A DNA stretch of 64,000 bases from assembly GCF_001194135.2 (NCBI RefSeq), contig NC_068981.1, positions 14,009,634-14,073,633 on the forward strand. Direction: 5' to 3'. The DNA is from Octopus bimaculoides. Taxonomy: Eukaryota. The notes beneath the pieces were generated by a model. That model had not been told where the DNA came from, did no database searches, and worked only from the letters and a program-made list of their open reading frames with translations. Positions within the stretch are counted from its first letter, which is position 1; each line of letters begins with the position of its first letter. This document shows, piece after piece, positions 11,919 through 26,625 of this stretch. A program made the translations under genes and the position numbers.

Positions 11919-12790
11919 ATATATATATATATATATAGTTTTAGGGAAAATAACCAAGTTTCAATAACTCATCGATGAAAATGCACTATCACATATAGAA
12001 AAATTAACAATTTAATTTATTTTCCCTAAAACTATATATTTTATATATATTTTATCTATAAAGCTCAATTTAATTTTAATTTTTTATAAATTGATTTTAA
12101 TTGAGTTTTTAGCTGTAATTTTGGATTTTGTCTCTAATATTATTATTATATATATATATATGTATATATACACACACACACACACGCACACACACACACA
12201 CACGTTCATATGCATATATATCTATACATACATCTATCTGCATGTGTGTACTTGCACGCGCGTGTTTGTGCATGTGTTGGAGGTATGTGGAGAGAAATGG
12301 CACGCGTGTGTAAAGTTTGGAGTGTATAAAGACTCGACAGAACATCGGAAATTCATAGTAATAAATGATTTTAATCGAAGTATTCTGGCAAGAAAGTCAC
12401 ATTGAATCATAAGTTAAATTGCTGCGAAATATATTTAAAACCATATTACATCCATATGGAGAAGCTTTAGTTTGAAAATCACAGCCGATCTTTGACATGA
12501 TACACGTCTGCGTTCAGAGATAGAAGTTACTCCGGAATTTTGACAGATAATCAATTTCTTGACGCCACAAGGGATTTACTATAACAAAATTACTGTTCTT
12601 TCTATGAATAAGAATTGTATTTCAACTTTTAAAACAATCATATACATAATAGTAGTGAATTTCACGTAGTCAACTACATTTGCTGCGGCAACAATAATTG
12701 TTTTGTTTTTTTATGATTTAAATGATTGTTTTCTGTTTTCCAAACGTATAACCTATATATAGTGTTATATGCTGATGTTCATAATAATTT

Positions 12791-13000
12791 ACTGCTATAG
12801 GCACAAGGACTGAAATGTTGAGGGAGTATGCTAGTCAATATCATCGACCCCTGTCCTCGAATGTCATTTATTTCGTTGACCCCGAATGGATGAAAGGCAA
12901 AATCGACTTCGGCAGGCTTTGAACCCAGAATGTAAAGACAAAAGAAATGCCGCTAAGCATTGTGTCCGGCGTGCTAATGATCCGGACAGTTTCTCCGCAT
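12791..13000 (-). mobile_element. tRNA-derived SINE (family 1)
   Basis: Minus strand reads ...gatcattagcacgccggacacaatgcttagcggcatttc...ttctgggttcaaagcctgccgaagtcgattttgcctttcatcc, with a B-box-like GGGTTCAAAGC. Similar to copies at 1, 8.5 and 50.3 kb. Confidence 0.7.
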
Positions 13001-13079
13001 CAATTGTAATAATAATAAACTCCAACATGACTGTGTCGAGAGATGCGGCATCGTTAAGGAAGCCTGATGCGTTATAGAA

Positions 13080-13420
13080 AAGCAGAGTTTGAGAGGGAAG
13101 AGGATGATTCCAGGATATTATTGGATTTGTTCATACATAACTAGCCATGCGAAAGAAAGAAGGAGAGACTGAGAAAAACAAAAACCAAAAGGAAAAGGAA
13201 CAGAGTAATACTATGTAAATGTAAACTGAACATCAAAGATTTATTTTAAAAATCTATAAACACTAGAGTCTAGCCAGCGAGATGAGAATGTGAAACGCAA
13301 AAATGGTGAGAATTGTTCCTGTGGTAATTGGTGCGTTTGGCACAACATCTAAACTGCTACCTAATAGGCTAGAGTATACTAGAATTGAGACAAGGACTGC
13401 AGAAGAATGCAACCATCATA
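13080..13420 (+). mobile_element. Decayed 3' fragment of an RLE-type (R2/R4/NeSL-like) non-LTR retrotransposon
   Basis: Translation includes VRIVPVVIGAFGT (about 13308-13346), matching the V.VVPVVIGALG motif after the restriction-like endonuclease. Weaker upstream remnants (ILxDxFI, KY..LA.E). Confidence 0.5.
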
Positions 13421-13643
13421 TTCTATACATATTGTATTGTAATATATGTCATACATATATTTGAGTTGAGACTTCTTGGAATATTGTTTGCAGTGTTATT
13501 ATATCAGAAGTGAAAAAAATAAAAACAAAATAAAATTGGCATGTTCATTCTCCGTGTGAAGAATTTCCAATTGGAAATTTCTTCCATGCTAATCCAACAT
13601 GTAATTCCTATTAGCAAATGGAGCATGTATAATGAAGCTTCTT

Positions 13644-13677
<34 letters not shown>

Positions 13678-13859
13678 NNNNNNNNNNNNNNNNNNNNNNN
13701 NNNNNNNNNNNNNNNNNNNTATACATACAACTCTACATTTAAATACATATATAACATTATACTTAGTCGTGAATTTTTTGCACTTCCATATTGAGCGTAA
13801 AATCATTATTAATGCTATGGTTGGTTGTTATTTGTCTGTATGTCTGTCTGTCCGTCTGT

Positions 13860-13890
<31 letters not shown>

Positions 13891-15842
13891 ATCTATCTAT
13901 CTATCTATCAGATACAAGTGGACACCAGTGCATAGCAATTGACTTTCTAATACTTGGTAAGTACAAAAATTGTCCTACTTATTTGCAAGATGCAAAATAT
14001 AAGAGAAAATGATTTATAGAATTTAGCAGACATACAAAATTTGGACATTCTACCCAATATTCACGATGAACCTTCGTTCCGACAATAAAAACAGAAATGA
14101 TGGTAACTCTGTCGTTCTCCCACATTCACTATTCACTTACTGCTTTGAGCTGGTTATAGCAACGATGATCTCTGCCAATTTGCAACATACTGAGTTTGAA
14201 ACAAGCAAAATAATAAAAACTTATAATTCTACGGTAGCATCCCTAATAAAGTTCTCAATTCATAATCGTATCTATAATTTCATAATTCTAGTTTCGCAGT
14301 TTCTAATATAAATATGTAAGTGCAGCTATATACACACAACATTAATACAAGTATGTTTTTAAATGAGTATATTTAACAAGCAATATTGGATTCGAAGTAA
14401 TGCATCTCTTTATCTTTTGTAAATATTCACTTCACATCACATACGCATTTTCTCAGCTCTATCTGCTTTTGAAGCTGGAATTCATTTAATTTGAATGCTA
14501 CTCAAACACTGAATTCTAAATTTAGGATTTTAAATGCATAATATAATCGATGTTAAATTATATGGTTTCTTCAATTTTCTTCTGATTTTATTTCGATTTT
14601 AATATCTAATATGCTATCACTTAACATATTGACAATGGTTTAATCCCACCTACATAATATCTAGCAAATATATATTACCACAATGCTTCATATTATACAC
14701 AACCTTTATTAAAAATCTAGAACTGCAAAATGTAACTAAATATCTTCTTGTGACTTTTGGTTTAACATTATACATCAAAACAAAAAAAAAAATGTATTCC
14801 ATGTTATATCGTTAGCTGTTAATTTGAAATGTGAGAATTTGTGAAAATTTCAAATAGTTGAACTGTATAGAAACTCTGATAGAAATATCCATGTGTTTAA
14901 TTGTATTGTTTAAAAAGCTTAAACTCATATATCTTAAATTCAGTGAATTACGCTAAGTCCTATATCTATACACACTCATTTCTCTATATCTGGTTAATGT
15001 ACTTAACTCCTCCATATTTAATCTACTTAGAAATGATACAAACATGAAAACAAGACATGGATGATGCAGTTACTTTATGCAATTTAAATATCTATTTTAA
15101 ATCTTGCTTTATGAACAAATTTCTTGTGTAATGGTATCGAGAGACTAAATTAACTATGTCTGTATCTTAATGGGTTTGAAATAGGGTTGGGATTAATCTA
15201 TCTTTCAAAACTAATACTGAAGATATATATCCGGCACAGATAAGGCATAAATTTGCAATTGTGTTCCAGAATATTGTTATATTGTGATTCCTTGTCACAA
15301 TTCCAATTAACATTTATGTAAATCATTACAATGCAATAACTAACGTCGACCTGTTAATTTGAGATATACCACCATGTGTTACAAGATATATTTTCTCACT
15401 TACAGACACACACACACGCACACACATAAATACATAAATACATATATGTACATACATACATACATACAAACACACATATGTATACATATACGCGTGTGTA
15501 CATATATATGAATATATACATATTAATACATATATATATATATATATATATATANNNNNNNNNNNNNNNNNNNNNNNNNNNNNNNNNNNNNNNNNNNNNN
15601 NNNNNNNNNNNNNNNNNNNNNNNNNNNNNNNNNNNNNNNNNNNNNNNNNNNNNNNNNNNNNNNNNNNNNNNNNNNNNNNNNNNNNNNNNNNNNNNNNNNN
15701 NNNNNNNNNNNNNNNNNNNNNNNNNNNNNNNNNNNNNNNNNNNNNNNNNNNNNNNNNNNNNNNNNNNNNNNNNNNNNNNNNNNNNNNNNNNNNNNNNNNN
15801 NNNNNNNNNNNNNNNNNNNNNNNNNNNNNNNNNNNNNNNNNN

Positions 15843-15880
<38 letters not shown>

Positions 15881-16811
15881 CATTCTTTTTCACTCCCAGA
15901 CAGAAAAGTATTAGTTGATATTTGCGGTATTTTGCCAACTTGTATGGATTGCTTTTGGAAAACTATAACATATAGCTGAAAACAATATTACAGTGTCAGT
16001 TATTTATCAACATTAAGGCCAAGTGTGAGTTAACATTTATCATAGATTAAGTTTATGTCAAAACCAACCATGGATTAGTAACAACTTCCATTTTTACGTT
16101 GATTCACTGAATGTTGATAACAGACATTTTTTTTTCTCAGACGCATAATTGATTAGTTGTGTATTTTACTTTCAAAATTTCTACAAACTATGAACTTAAG
16201 AATACGGTGTTTGACATGATGCAGCAAATTATCTTTGTTTTATATGGACATTAAGCACATTAATTTCATGTCTCCATAATCAATTATAAACTGTCTTCTG
16301 CATTAAGCGGTGTCGGGATCTGGCTGCATTGTACATTAATACCATTGCATAAACAAATACTGGATACATTCTTACCAAGAAAAACTTCGCCCGATTGAAT
16401 GGAAATATGCAGTGAAAAATATGTAAATATCAGCGGGTGCGTATATCTCTGTGGAAAAAGTATTTGCTCGTTTCTATATTTCATTTCGTTTACCTCGTAT
16501 GGCATTGGATTATACGTATATTTGAACAGCTAAAAATGACTTAAAACCTGTAAAAATACATAAAATTGCCTATGACCTGCACCTGCGAATGCTGTTGATA
16601 GTATAATATACAATAACACAGAATACTTAAATTTAAAGCGATTTATACTATTAATTTTATTGAAGGATTAATACAGACATTGGGAAAAAATCCCTTTCAC
16701 TTCTATTATTCAGAATACTATAGTGTAAATGTATTAGAACCATCACACTATAATTCTGTCCCAATAAAGAAAAGACAGCTATTTCAAAGAAAATGTAATG
16801 TCATTAAATAA

Positions 16812-17100
16812 ACCGGTATTCCGTCGGTTACAACGACGAATTTTCCGTTTTATCCCAAGCATGAAACAGCCTGCTCGTGAAATTAACGCGCAAGTGAGCA
16901 CTCCATTGATATGCTAACTTTTAATATAGTTCTCAAGAAGTTTTAGCGGAATGTGGCAATGCTGGCCCGTTGAAATACAGGTAGAATTCATTTTTGTCTT
17001 TCCCAATTCATTTTGTCTTTTCGCTTGGAATTGAACTCAAAACCTACTGACATTACGATGGTGAACCGAATACCCTAACCACTAAGCCACGCTTCTCCAC
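16812..17100 (-). mobile_element. Diverged tRNA-derived SINE (family 3)
   Basis: Shares ctcg..aaattaacg.gcaagtg..gagcactcc..., gctggc.c.ttgaaatacaggta and ccctaaccact..gcca with the 28.1-28.4 kb copy. Confidence 0.65.
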
Positions 17101-18162
17101 CTATAATGACATACAGTATTTCTATATAGAAATACTGTATCGTTGGTAAAGAGAAAGTTAATGACATTATTAAATGATACAAAACTACAACCTTACAAAA
17201 ATATATTTGAGCACTCTACAAAGTTATTCTTGTTGACTTAGGCAATATTTTGTTTTCCTTTGTGAATTTGGTCCTGTTGAAGGCTGGAGCTAGGAAATTC
17301 TTAGGTGGTTCCAGATTGGTGTTACTAATACCGTTACCTTTTATTTAAAGTGAGTCTAATAGACGACTACACCGAGAATTGGTGCAAGGCAAAACATCTA
17401 GAAAGGTGCTGTTTCGACTCAATACAATTGACATGAAAATTTGTTTGCGGTATATCTATAAAGCTTAAGTGATAGTAGTTTGAAACTAGCCAGTTCCGAG
17501 GAGCAGCGTCTGCAGTACTAGAATTTAGAAATAAAAATCATCACAAATGTCAGTGGAGCTTAAATTAGAGGGTTTTGTGAGTGTCTTCATTTCAAGTCAA
17601 TCAAGTGAACTTTCTTTGATTTCCTTTATAAGTTGTTTATGTAATGTAGAAGCAACACTCCAGATATGGAAGCAATAAGCGATTGCATGGCTTATATGAT
17701 GTCTGAAAAGTAATAGTGGCTTCCCGAGACAGTTGGAGCTGCCTGAATAATTGAAAAATGTTTATCTGTGATTTTAATTAGTGAATGTTTGGAAAGCCCC
17801 AAAATAGTAACAAAAATAAACAGCATTTAAACTTTGCGTATTTTCCAACGGGTAGAGAAATGATTGGAAATAACTGAACATACTGCAGCATGCTTTATAC
17901 ATTCCAAGATATCTCTCATTTACGCTAATTTTCGATGTTTAGAATAAATAGTACAACTGTACAGACTTTTGCAGAATTACAAATACCAAACTGGCTGCTT
18001 TATGCTGCAATATTACTAAGATTCGCAAATAAGATATTTAGACTCACAAAAGATACAGAATATTACAATAAAAAATTCACAGTACATTTTTGTCACTGGC
18101 GTTATTGAACGTTCAAAATCTTAGGCAACAGTAATAATACAAATAATTGGGTAAATATTTAC

Positions 18163-18411
18163 CTTCGTTTGAGTCGTACAAATAATGTACTCTTCTCCAA
18201 CCGTAGAATTTCACCATGTCTATTACTGCATTTGTATGATCAGGACGCAAGTAAATTTCGAAGTTTGGTTGCTCTGGGTCAACAGTAAAGGAAAGACCTG
18301 GAGAGACGAAGGGCATACGGAATCGTCTACTGTAGGATTCGACTACTTCAACTGATGAACTGTCTATTACACCAAATAGGACAAAAGAACCATTTTCCAT
18401 GTGACCACAGA
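18163..18411 (-). CDS. GRIA: Internal coding exon (249 nt, phase 1-1) of an AMPA-type ionotropic glutamate receptor subunit, amino-terminal (LIVBP-like) domain
   Basis: Acceptor tttctttgcAG (AG at 18413-18412) and donor G|GTAAAT (GT at 18162-18161). Encodes CGHMENGSFVLFGVIDSSSVEVVESYSRRFRMPFVSPGLSFTVDPEQPNFEIYLRPDHTNAVIDMVKFYGWRRVHYLYDSNEG. This aligns by eye with the vertebrate GluA ATD segment CSQFSRGVYAIFG...ITSFC...FITPS...QMRP...[23 protein letters not shown]. The symbol is family-level only; exact orthology is not determined. Confidence 0.92.
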
Positions 18412-18606
18412 CTGCAAAGAAATAGAAATCGGGATATATATATATATACAATATATATCTATCGTGTGTACATACATATATACATATATACATATAGATG
18501 TATTTACATATCATATATATATGATATGTGAGATACAAATGTAAATATTTTGAATGTATAATTTCATAGATACATAGGCTTACAGACACTCAAACACATA
18601 TATATG

Positions 18607-18650
<44 letters not shown>

Positions 18651-18656
<6 letters not shown>

Positions 18657-19729
18657 ATTCGTGCTGTTTATGAGTATGAATTCCGTCGTGGAAATAAATG
18701 CATCTCATACAGCTCGAACCACCAATGAGGTGTTTAGTGAAGATGTGGCGAATGAGTGTACTGTACGTCGGTGGTTTGAGAAGTTCTGGTGATTTTACTC
18801 TTAAAATTCAGCCCTGTGGTAGACCTGAGACCAATGTGGATAACGATGAGCTGGAAATTGTGATGGAAGCGGATACATCTCAAATTACGCGTTAGTTGGC
18901 AGCAAGGTTTGATGTTTCGAATCCAAATGTATTGGACCATCTGAAACAAATCGACAAAGTAAAGAAGCTGGACAAGTGAGTACCACACGAACTGAACGAG
19001 CAGCAAATGATACGTCGTTTTGAAACTTGCTGTTGTTCTTTGCTAGCTCGGAATAAAAGCAAACCATTTTTGCATCGGATTGTTACGTGTGATGAACACT
19101 GTTTTTTTCTTTTCTTTTTTTTTTCAAAATTAGCAAGCGTTCTACAGAGAAGTTGTATAGAGACGCAGTGCCAAAACACAATCCACAAAGGAATATTCAC
19201 TAAAAAAATGCAAATAGTGTCAGTTTGGTAGTTCAGCACTGATGTCATCCACTACAGCTTCATGAGACCTAGTAAGTCAATTACAGCGGATGTATAATTA
19301 CAGTTGTATGAAATAATGAGTGAACTTGCAATTAAACAGTCGTGATTGGTCAATAGAGATAGGCTAATTCTCTTGCTTAAAAATGTTCGACCACATGTTG
19401 CACAAAGAACGCTAGCCAAGTTATAGGAACTGAACTTGGAAGTACTCTGTCATTCAGCATGTCCACCAGGCCTTGCACCGACTGACTATCATGTTTTCCC
19501 GGCATTAGACATTTTGTAAGGACAAAACCTCGAATCTGGAGAAGCTGCAAAAAGAGCCTTTCGTGATTTCATCACCTCTTGCCCTCCAGAAGTCTTCGCT
19601 GCCGGCATAAATAAACTACTGATAAAATGGCAAAATTGTGTTAATAATTTAGGTGCATACTTTGATTAAATGTTGAGATAAAGTAACATGGACTTTCAGT
19701 TAAAAATCGGACATTTCATTCTCAATGAC

Positions 19730-19733
<4 letters not shown>
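18651..19733 (+). mobile_element. Degenerate mariner (DD34D) transposon, 5' TIR missing, 3' TIR present
   Basis: Frameshifted remnants HIIRAVYEYEFRRG, GRPETNVDNDEL, KKLDK*VPHEL (WVPHEL), PFLHRIVTCDE, LLKNVRPHV (HDNARPH), PGLAPTDYHVF (SPDLAPSDY). Ends ...attctcaatgacctga|TA. Antisense to the host gene, about 240 nt from the exon acceptor. Confidence 0.9.
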
Positions 19734-19794
<61 letters not shown>

Positions 19795-20779
19795 GTGTGC
19801 GTGTATATATGCATATGTATGTTTATGCGTATGTGTGTGTGATATTTATTCACAATGCACAGGTAATTTATCCTTACATAGTATAGAAGAGAACATTTTC
19901 AGTGAAAATGAAGAACATAAATATATTTATCTTAATCTAGTGTATATATCTTGCTCTACATTTGGAATAGAACATTGTGTGTGTGTGTGTGTGTATTTGT
20001 CTGTGTGTGTGCGTTGTTATGCACATAACGAAACACAAATACAGTTGTGCGTGTATGTTATGTTAATATTCTATACTTGTAGAATATCGACCGATAAACT
20101 TAGGCGTAACAACATTCCTGTAAAGTATATATAATTCTAGTACTCATCGGAGAGACACAGCACCAGATGCATAATTCATAAATTAAATATGGATAAAATA
20201 ACAAAGTAAAAGAAAACGAAAGAATTCAATTACTTACAGCAAAATCAGTTTCCACTACTTATTCTTAAATGTTCCCAACTCATACCTTAAATTATCATTC
20301 ACTCCCACTCGGTAATGTACCATATTCATTGCACACAGTTAGTGAGCCATTAAGATCACTAACAGAAATAAAGTATCTCAATATACAGAAGGATTTAGGA
20401 ATGAGAATAGAGGTTCGTTTTATGACTCATTAATTAGGAACATCTACGAGGTGTTCGTGTTTATCGAATATAATAAAATGGTTAAATTGGACAAAGCAAG
20501 ATAATTTTAGAGTTTCCTGAGTACCGACACAATGCAGCTACATCGAAGATATGTGTTGTATAACAGCAGGACTATTTTGGAAAGCTAATGATCCTAAGTC
20601 CATTAATATTTCAAGACATTCACCGGCTCGTCTAGTGAATACAATGTTGCTATTTGCACGATGCTGCCACATATAATAATAGACAACACGGGTTCATGAG
20701 CAGGATATTTATACTTATTGAAACTGTTGGTTAATATTATAGTTTATTTTACTCATTTGCGGGATGAGACTTGTCTAGC

Positions 20780-21200
20780 GTGGAGAACGAGGCAGTGGCC
20801 ATAGCTTGCACAAGCCCTCCTTGACCGGTGAGTCAGAAGTCATTCATTTCCTCCAGGCGTCTTCTAAATAAATAACTGTTGGAAATACATGAACAGGGAG
20901 GAGATTCTAAGGGGATGATATTGTGAGAAGGAAGAATTATAAAAATGATTAATGCGGGCCCTGAAATGTTAGACATAACGAGGAAGATGCAAGGAGAGGT
21001 GAGTGAGAGGAAGATGTCAGGTTAGAGACAGCATGTGCCTAGCAGGTACCAATATGCTCGTAGTATACATAAAACATCGGTGAGAGGAGAGAGCGCATCT
21101 GTGAACAGGAGGCTGGAGTGTATCTGTGAGGGGTTCTGTACAACTCAGAGGAGTGGCACTTTTCGAGATGTGGTTATAAACGGTTTTTAATTTGGCACTA
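20780..21200 (-). mobile_element. Decayed 3' fragment of a CR1/L2/Jockey-type LINE
   Basis: Minus-strand remnants LQPPVHRCALSS..., RARINHFYNS and, in another frame, LPVHVFP resemble the LQPLxHRR.V.SL...WNSLP.xVFP C-terminus. Confidence 0.5.
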
Positions 21201-22269
21201 AACAAGGCGTGAAAATGATGGTTTGCTTTGATATTTGTGCCGTTGTTAATGCTTCTGTTGTTTAACTCTGTTGCTGGTATTAACCAATATAATTCTGTGT
21301 AGAAAGTTAGTCTCTCTCTCTCTCTCTCTCTATCCATCACACACACACAAACACGCATACAAGCAGACAAACACAATCTCTCACACACACAAACACACAT
21401 GCATACAGACACACATGCATACAGACACACGCACACACACGCACGGGCACATAAACATACATACATATGCACTCACATACATGCCCACACACTCGTACAT
21501 GCACACTATAACACACAATCGTATGCCCACACTAACTTTCACATATGTACACAGACAAAGACACAGAGAGAGAAAAAATAGCAGATGGACATGCACTCCC
21601 ATGCATACATATGCAGACATACGTACTAATGTGAGCCCTCTCCTCAGCCTTGAAGAATATAATTGTCGGAACAGAAATATCATTTTGCCCTGAATGGAAT
21701 GACCGGTAGCGGGATGAGTTCCTAGCTATGTTAAGGATGTGCTTTCGTCAGATTTCTTCAGTGATAGTAAAACTCAATAACTGAGCCGATTGTGAGGGCT
21801 CTAATTGAATGCTTTTCACTATTAGTTGCAGTGTGGTGCGATGAGGTTTTCTTCATATCTGTAGTTTGTGCTGTGTTGTTTGCGAAAGAGACAATATTTG
21901 TATATTAATACTGTAATATGCTTTCGCAGTCTTTTGGAGTTTATATTTTTTTCCCTTTCTTTTATGGATATACAGCGTTTTCTAAATTCTGAATTACTGT
22001 CTTACAGTATGATAATTAATAAAACAATGAATTCTCATCATAAACGTGAATTAAAGTATATTTCTCGTCATAGCCCAACATGGTTGCCATATTGATCGAC
22101 CATTGTAAAAGTTAAAATAGATGCCAAAGAAGAAATCGCTACATAAATAGGTATATGCTTTATACCATATATTGAATACATAATTAACTTGCTCCCTATG
22201 AACAGAACAAACACACACATATATTTATATACAGAAGAGAATGAGAAACGGAGGAAATGAGGCACGAGA

Positions 22270-22480
22270 GATAATTAGATAAGTTTCGGAAAGAATTGGC
22301 CCAACCCATGACGAACTTAAAACACATTTCAATAAAGAGTTATCGTTTGTAGAGTGATATATCCGGATGTAGGTGGTATATCTGAAATCTGTTGAAGATA
22401 TACAATGCGATCAGATGTTTTTCTTCTTTTCGAGGACGGATGGTAAGAAGAGCAGGCCGTCGATGAAAGCATCATTTGAG
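22270..22480 (-). mobile_element. 3' end of the same CR1/L2-type LINE family as 6600-6965
   Basis: LQQISDIPPTSGYITL...NDNSLLKC. The 3' UTR catgggttgggccaattctttccgaaacttatctaattatct matches catggcctgggccaacttcagccgaaacttttctaagtaatct at about 6.6 kb. Confidence 0.65.
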
Positions 22481-22583
22481 CAATACTGCTGGAATTTTTT
22501 TTCACATTATAGCAGTCCCCGTGGTGATGGAGGGAATAAAGTTTAAGTTTCTCGAGCTGATTCCAATAAGCAAGAACTGTCAC

Positions 22584-22640
<57 letters not shown>

Positions 22641-23107
22641 ATGATATGTCTTCTTCTGTAGTAAATATTTTAGAAATAATATATTCCTATTTAGTTGATA
22701 TCATTTATCAAAATGTTTGCGATTGTGAGTCGATATTTTAGCAAGTGAGCATGTATATGCTTTCTTTATTCCATTTTTGATAATCTCGCTATGAAGATGT
22801 GAATTTAAATCAGTAAATAACACTCTATTGAAAAATGTTTTCAGCTAAAACAAGTTATTGTGGCTCAGGTCTTATTCAGCTGTGATAGAGCATTTGATCA
22901 AACAGCGATCCAGTCGTGACCATCGAGCTTCGCTAGTTATGTCTGAGAATATGTCCTTTCTTTCTCAAGACGCTACAGTTTGATGAGTAGGAATTTTTTT
23001 TCTACATCATACATGATAGAGTAGTCGCATAAGATCCCCCAGCTAAACAATCTCACTTTCCCCCTCTCTCTCTCACTCTCACACACACACACACACACAC
23101 CACACAC

Positions 23108-23146
<39 letters not shown>

Positions 23147-26100
23147 CATGTCCCCCAGCCCCTCACTGATTCTGATCGCTGCAATTTACTGATTGCCAGA
23201 AGTTCATTCGCGAGAAAAACGAGTTGATCGCTATAGTAGCAATTCCTTCACTAAACTAAACATGACATTTTGCAAATTTCTTCTGAATAGTAACTTTGAT
23301 TTAATTAGATCTTTGACAAAACTGACATTTTAATGTAATGCATCGATAATGAAATACATTTCCTCTTCAATTCATATTTAAAATTTCTTAAAATGAAACA
23401 ATTTTTGATCGGCTCTATATGAAATGATGTATATGTCTGAATGCGCAGCTGATAAACAACAATAAGCTATTTAGATGTCTAAGTATGCGAATTCAATTCT
23501 TTTACTCAATTCGAATGAACTGACTAGAATTGGATAATTGTGTATATTTCTCAAATTTTCTTATTTTGATGAGTAACGAAAAAAAATGTTAATAAAAGAT
23601 AAAGACAGCATCAACCAATTGTCTTTGACATAACATAAGATGAATATGAATGATATAAATTCGTATTGACATTATCTGAAGTGATAGTTAAAACTAAGAA
23701 AAATAACTAGTTATTTTGTTATTAAGTAGAGTGTTCTCACTAAAAATTAAGCGTCATATTTAATCATGTATATTTTCATCTATATTTCAGAGATAATCTA
23801 CTTTTAAATAAATCATACCGTAATTTATCTTATTCTAGCTTTATTGTAAATGTAATTATTATTTTTATTAGTCATGTTTTTATTTGTGTCTTTCCATCGT
23901 TCTACTACGTTTAGGTACCTCTGACTTGAGTTCGTTTTGTTGTATTTAAAGTATTCTAATCAATACATATGCAATGCTTATTATCACTGTCGTTTATATG
24001 TTCACACCGAGGGTTTTCTAATATATTAGTCCACATCGTTTTTAATATTAGCTAAATACTCTTTTTTTTTACTGTAAGTGTTATAGCTCCACGTCTCGCA
24101 TAAATATATTTGAATAAATTGATCTCATATACATGGAAGAATCTATTGTTACACAACTTTTATAGTGCGTGAGGCTGCTTTTTGTGATAGTATTTATGTG
24201 AAAACTACGTGACAGTGAAACTATTGCGCTTATATCTGACTTATAATTAATGTTTATAAATAACTACAGTTTTTGAATTTTGTACATTTACACAGAAGAC
24301 AGAGGCTCTTGAAATTGCTGCGTATAAATAAAATATTTAGAGAGCACGAACTTATTGCATGTGATTAATATATATGCTTGTGTGTGTGTGTTTGTGAGAG
24401 TGCTCATACGTGCACGTCTATGCACATACATCTGTGTGCGTGTTTGCATGTGTTGAAACTATTGTCTTCAACTTCAAAAGTATGAAAAATAAAGATGAGT
24501 ATTTATGCAACGTTCTGATTACTCTGCCAAGTAATATGGTTAGGCAAAAATAAATATATCAGTTGTACTATTCAAATACTTGTGTAGTGTTTTACGTTCG
24601 ATATTGCACGTAGTTGTTCCCAGCTAAAATATGAGATTATTTGATGTAAATCATCTCAGAATGTATACATTTACACTGTCTCCGTTCAGGAGAATGTAGT
24701 TGGTATTACAATGTAGACGAGACATGTCAAACATGGCGCTCGGAGGCTGCATGCAGGCCTTTTCAAATGCAAGTAAGGCCCGAGAGAGGCATAGCTTGTG
24801 GTTTAGAAATGGTGAAAACTGAAAACATTTTAGTAATAAAATAATTAATGTTAAACTAACAAAAATAGAATTAGTGATGTGCAAATTAAAGGTTTTTATA
24901 TAAAACGGAAACTGTTGTTGCAAATGTGTGTTTAAAATAAGTTGGCCCCCATATCAACAGGTATGTGAGCAATGCAGTCCATAGATACTCTGCAGTTTGA
25001 CATATTTGGTGTAGAAAACCCAGTGTTGTACTATCAGAAGCACTTGTACGCTTGAAAAACCGCCGTGCTAGACTACACTACACTTTAAGTTTTCCTCTGA
25101 GCTTCACAATACCATAGAAATATGTACGTGATATATCATCGGTACTTTACCTGAATCTATACTATTTTTGTTTTGACGTGGAGACAACAATCATGACCAT
25201 ATAGTTAGTCATACAAATACCAGTCTGAACTACAAATATTCAAAATCAAAACATTCTAATATTTGTTTGTTTACCATAATACTCCGTTTAACAAATATTG
25301 TAATACGGCTATAAAACAAAATTGAATATAATTTTAGCGGTGACCTTAGAATTCATTTAGCATTATATTACTCTAGAAACGACAAAATACATTTTTTTCA
25401 TGTAGCATAATATCTTCATTGAATCATTCTGTACTAGTTAAACCTTTCGATATTTCGTAAACTTAATTCATATAAACGGAATATTTGATTGTTATGATAT
25501 ATACTTCGTGCAAATATATATAATATACATAGTAACATATAAATATTGCGCAATCATTGTATGAATAATCTATTGTATTTTAGGTGACAAAATCTGTTTT
25601 GTTTATTTTTCACTGTGGTGTATAGCATTGCGTACATCAGAGATGTACTTAATTCAACTGAATTATTTGGAACGATCAAACAAATTATCAATTGCTAAAA
25701 TCGTCTTCGTATTGCTATGGGGAAAACACAAACAATAGTATTGTGGAAAGTATTTGTTGTATTTAAAGAAAACTATTAAATAATTGGAAATCGGCGTAAT
25801 GAATCCAAAAGATTTGTACCTCTTGTGGCATGGGTTTTGTTTCAGTTGAAAACTAATGTTTTGTCAACTGTTTGGAAAGCACTTTTATTATATCACAGAA
25901 TACAACTATCAGTGTCGGTTCACTCATGGCATTATAATCATACTATTTTATTCTTTATGCCTTTGTTTATTAGAAAATAAAATTTGTTGAAGGCCAGTGA
26001 TTCGGTAACTGAATTTGTTATAGATTCTAAAACACTACGTTTATAAAATTTTGATACAGTTCGTCGTCAAATGAAATATTTACCTTCCTTGTGGACATCT

Positions 26101-26568
26101 AATGAGGCATTTCTTAAACTCACGAAACTATATTTCGGGCACTGTTTCTGAAAATTCTGTCATTAGGCAAAAGCTTCATACAAATTCTCATTTCTATTCA
26201 CGGTGACTCATATTATGCACGGTATTTTGTACTTTTCCTACAACAGAAAACATGACCCCACAGTGGTACCCATTCATTCTACAGCTACACTCCACCCATA
26301 AATATATAGATAGATACTTTTGAAGATACACACGTGCTTCAAATTGCTACCGTTTCTTTTATTTCTTCTTGCATCTTTCTTTCTCTCTTTTGATAAGGGT
26401 TCACTTGAAATATCAGTCTACTTCTTTCCTTTCTTTTTTGGCGTAGAATTTATTTACACTCCATTTTTTTTATTTTAGCGTCGTACGTTTGTCTTCCTGA
26501 TGTAATCTCTCATGTTGTCCACGTCTATCTCTTCCATCTGCGACTTATTAGCCTCGTTCCATTAGTGC

Positions 26569-26625
<57 letters not shown>

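Noticed and set aside
14141-14189. 49-nt minus-strand segment with good acceptor and GTAAGT donor
   Set aside because: Its translation shows no similarity to a glutamate receptor ATD and it is not frame-preserving; likely a chance pseudo-exon.
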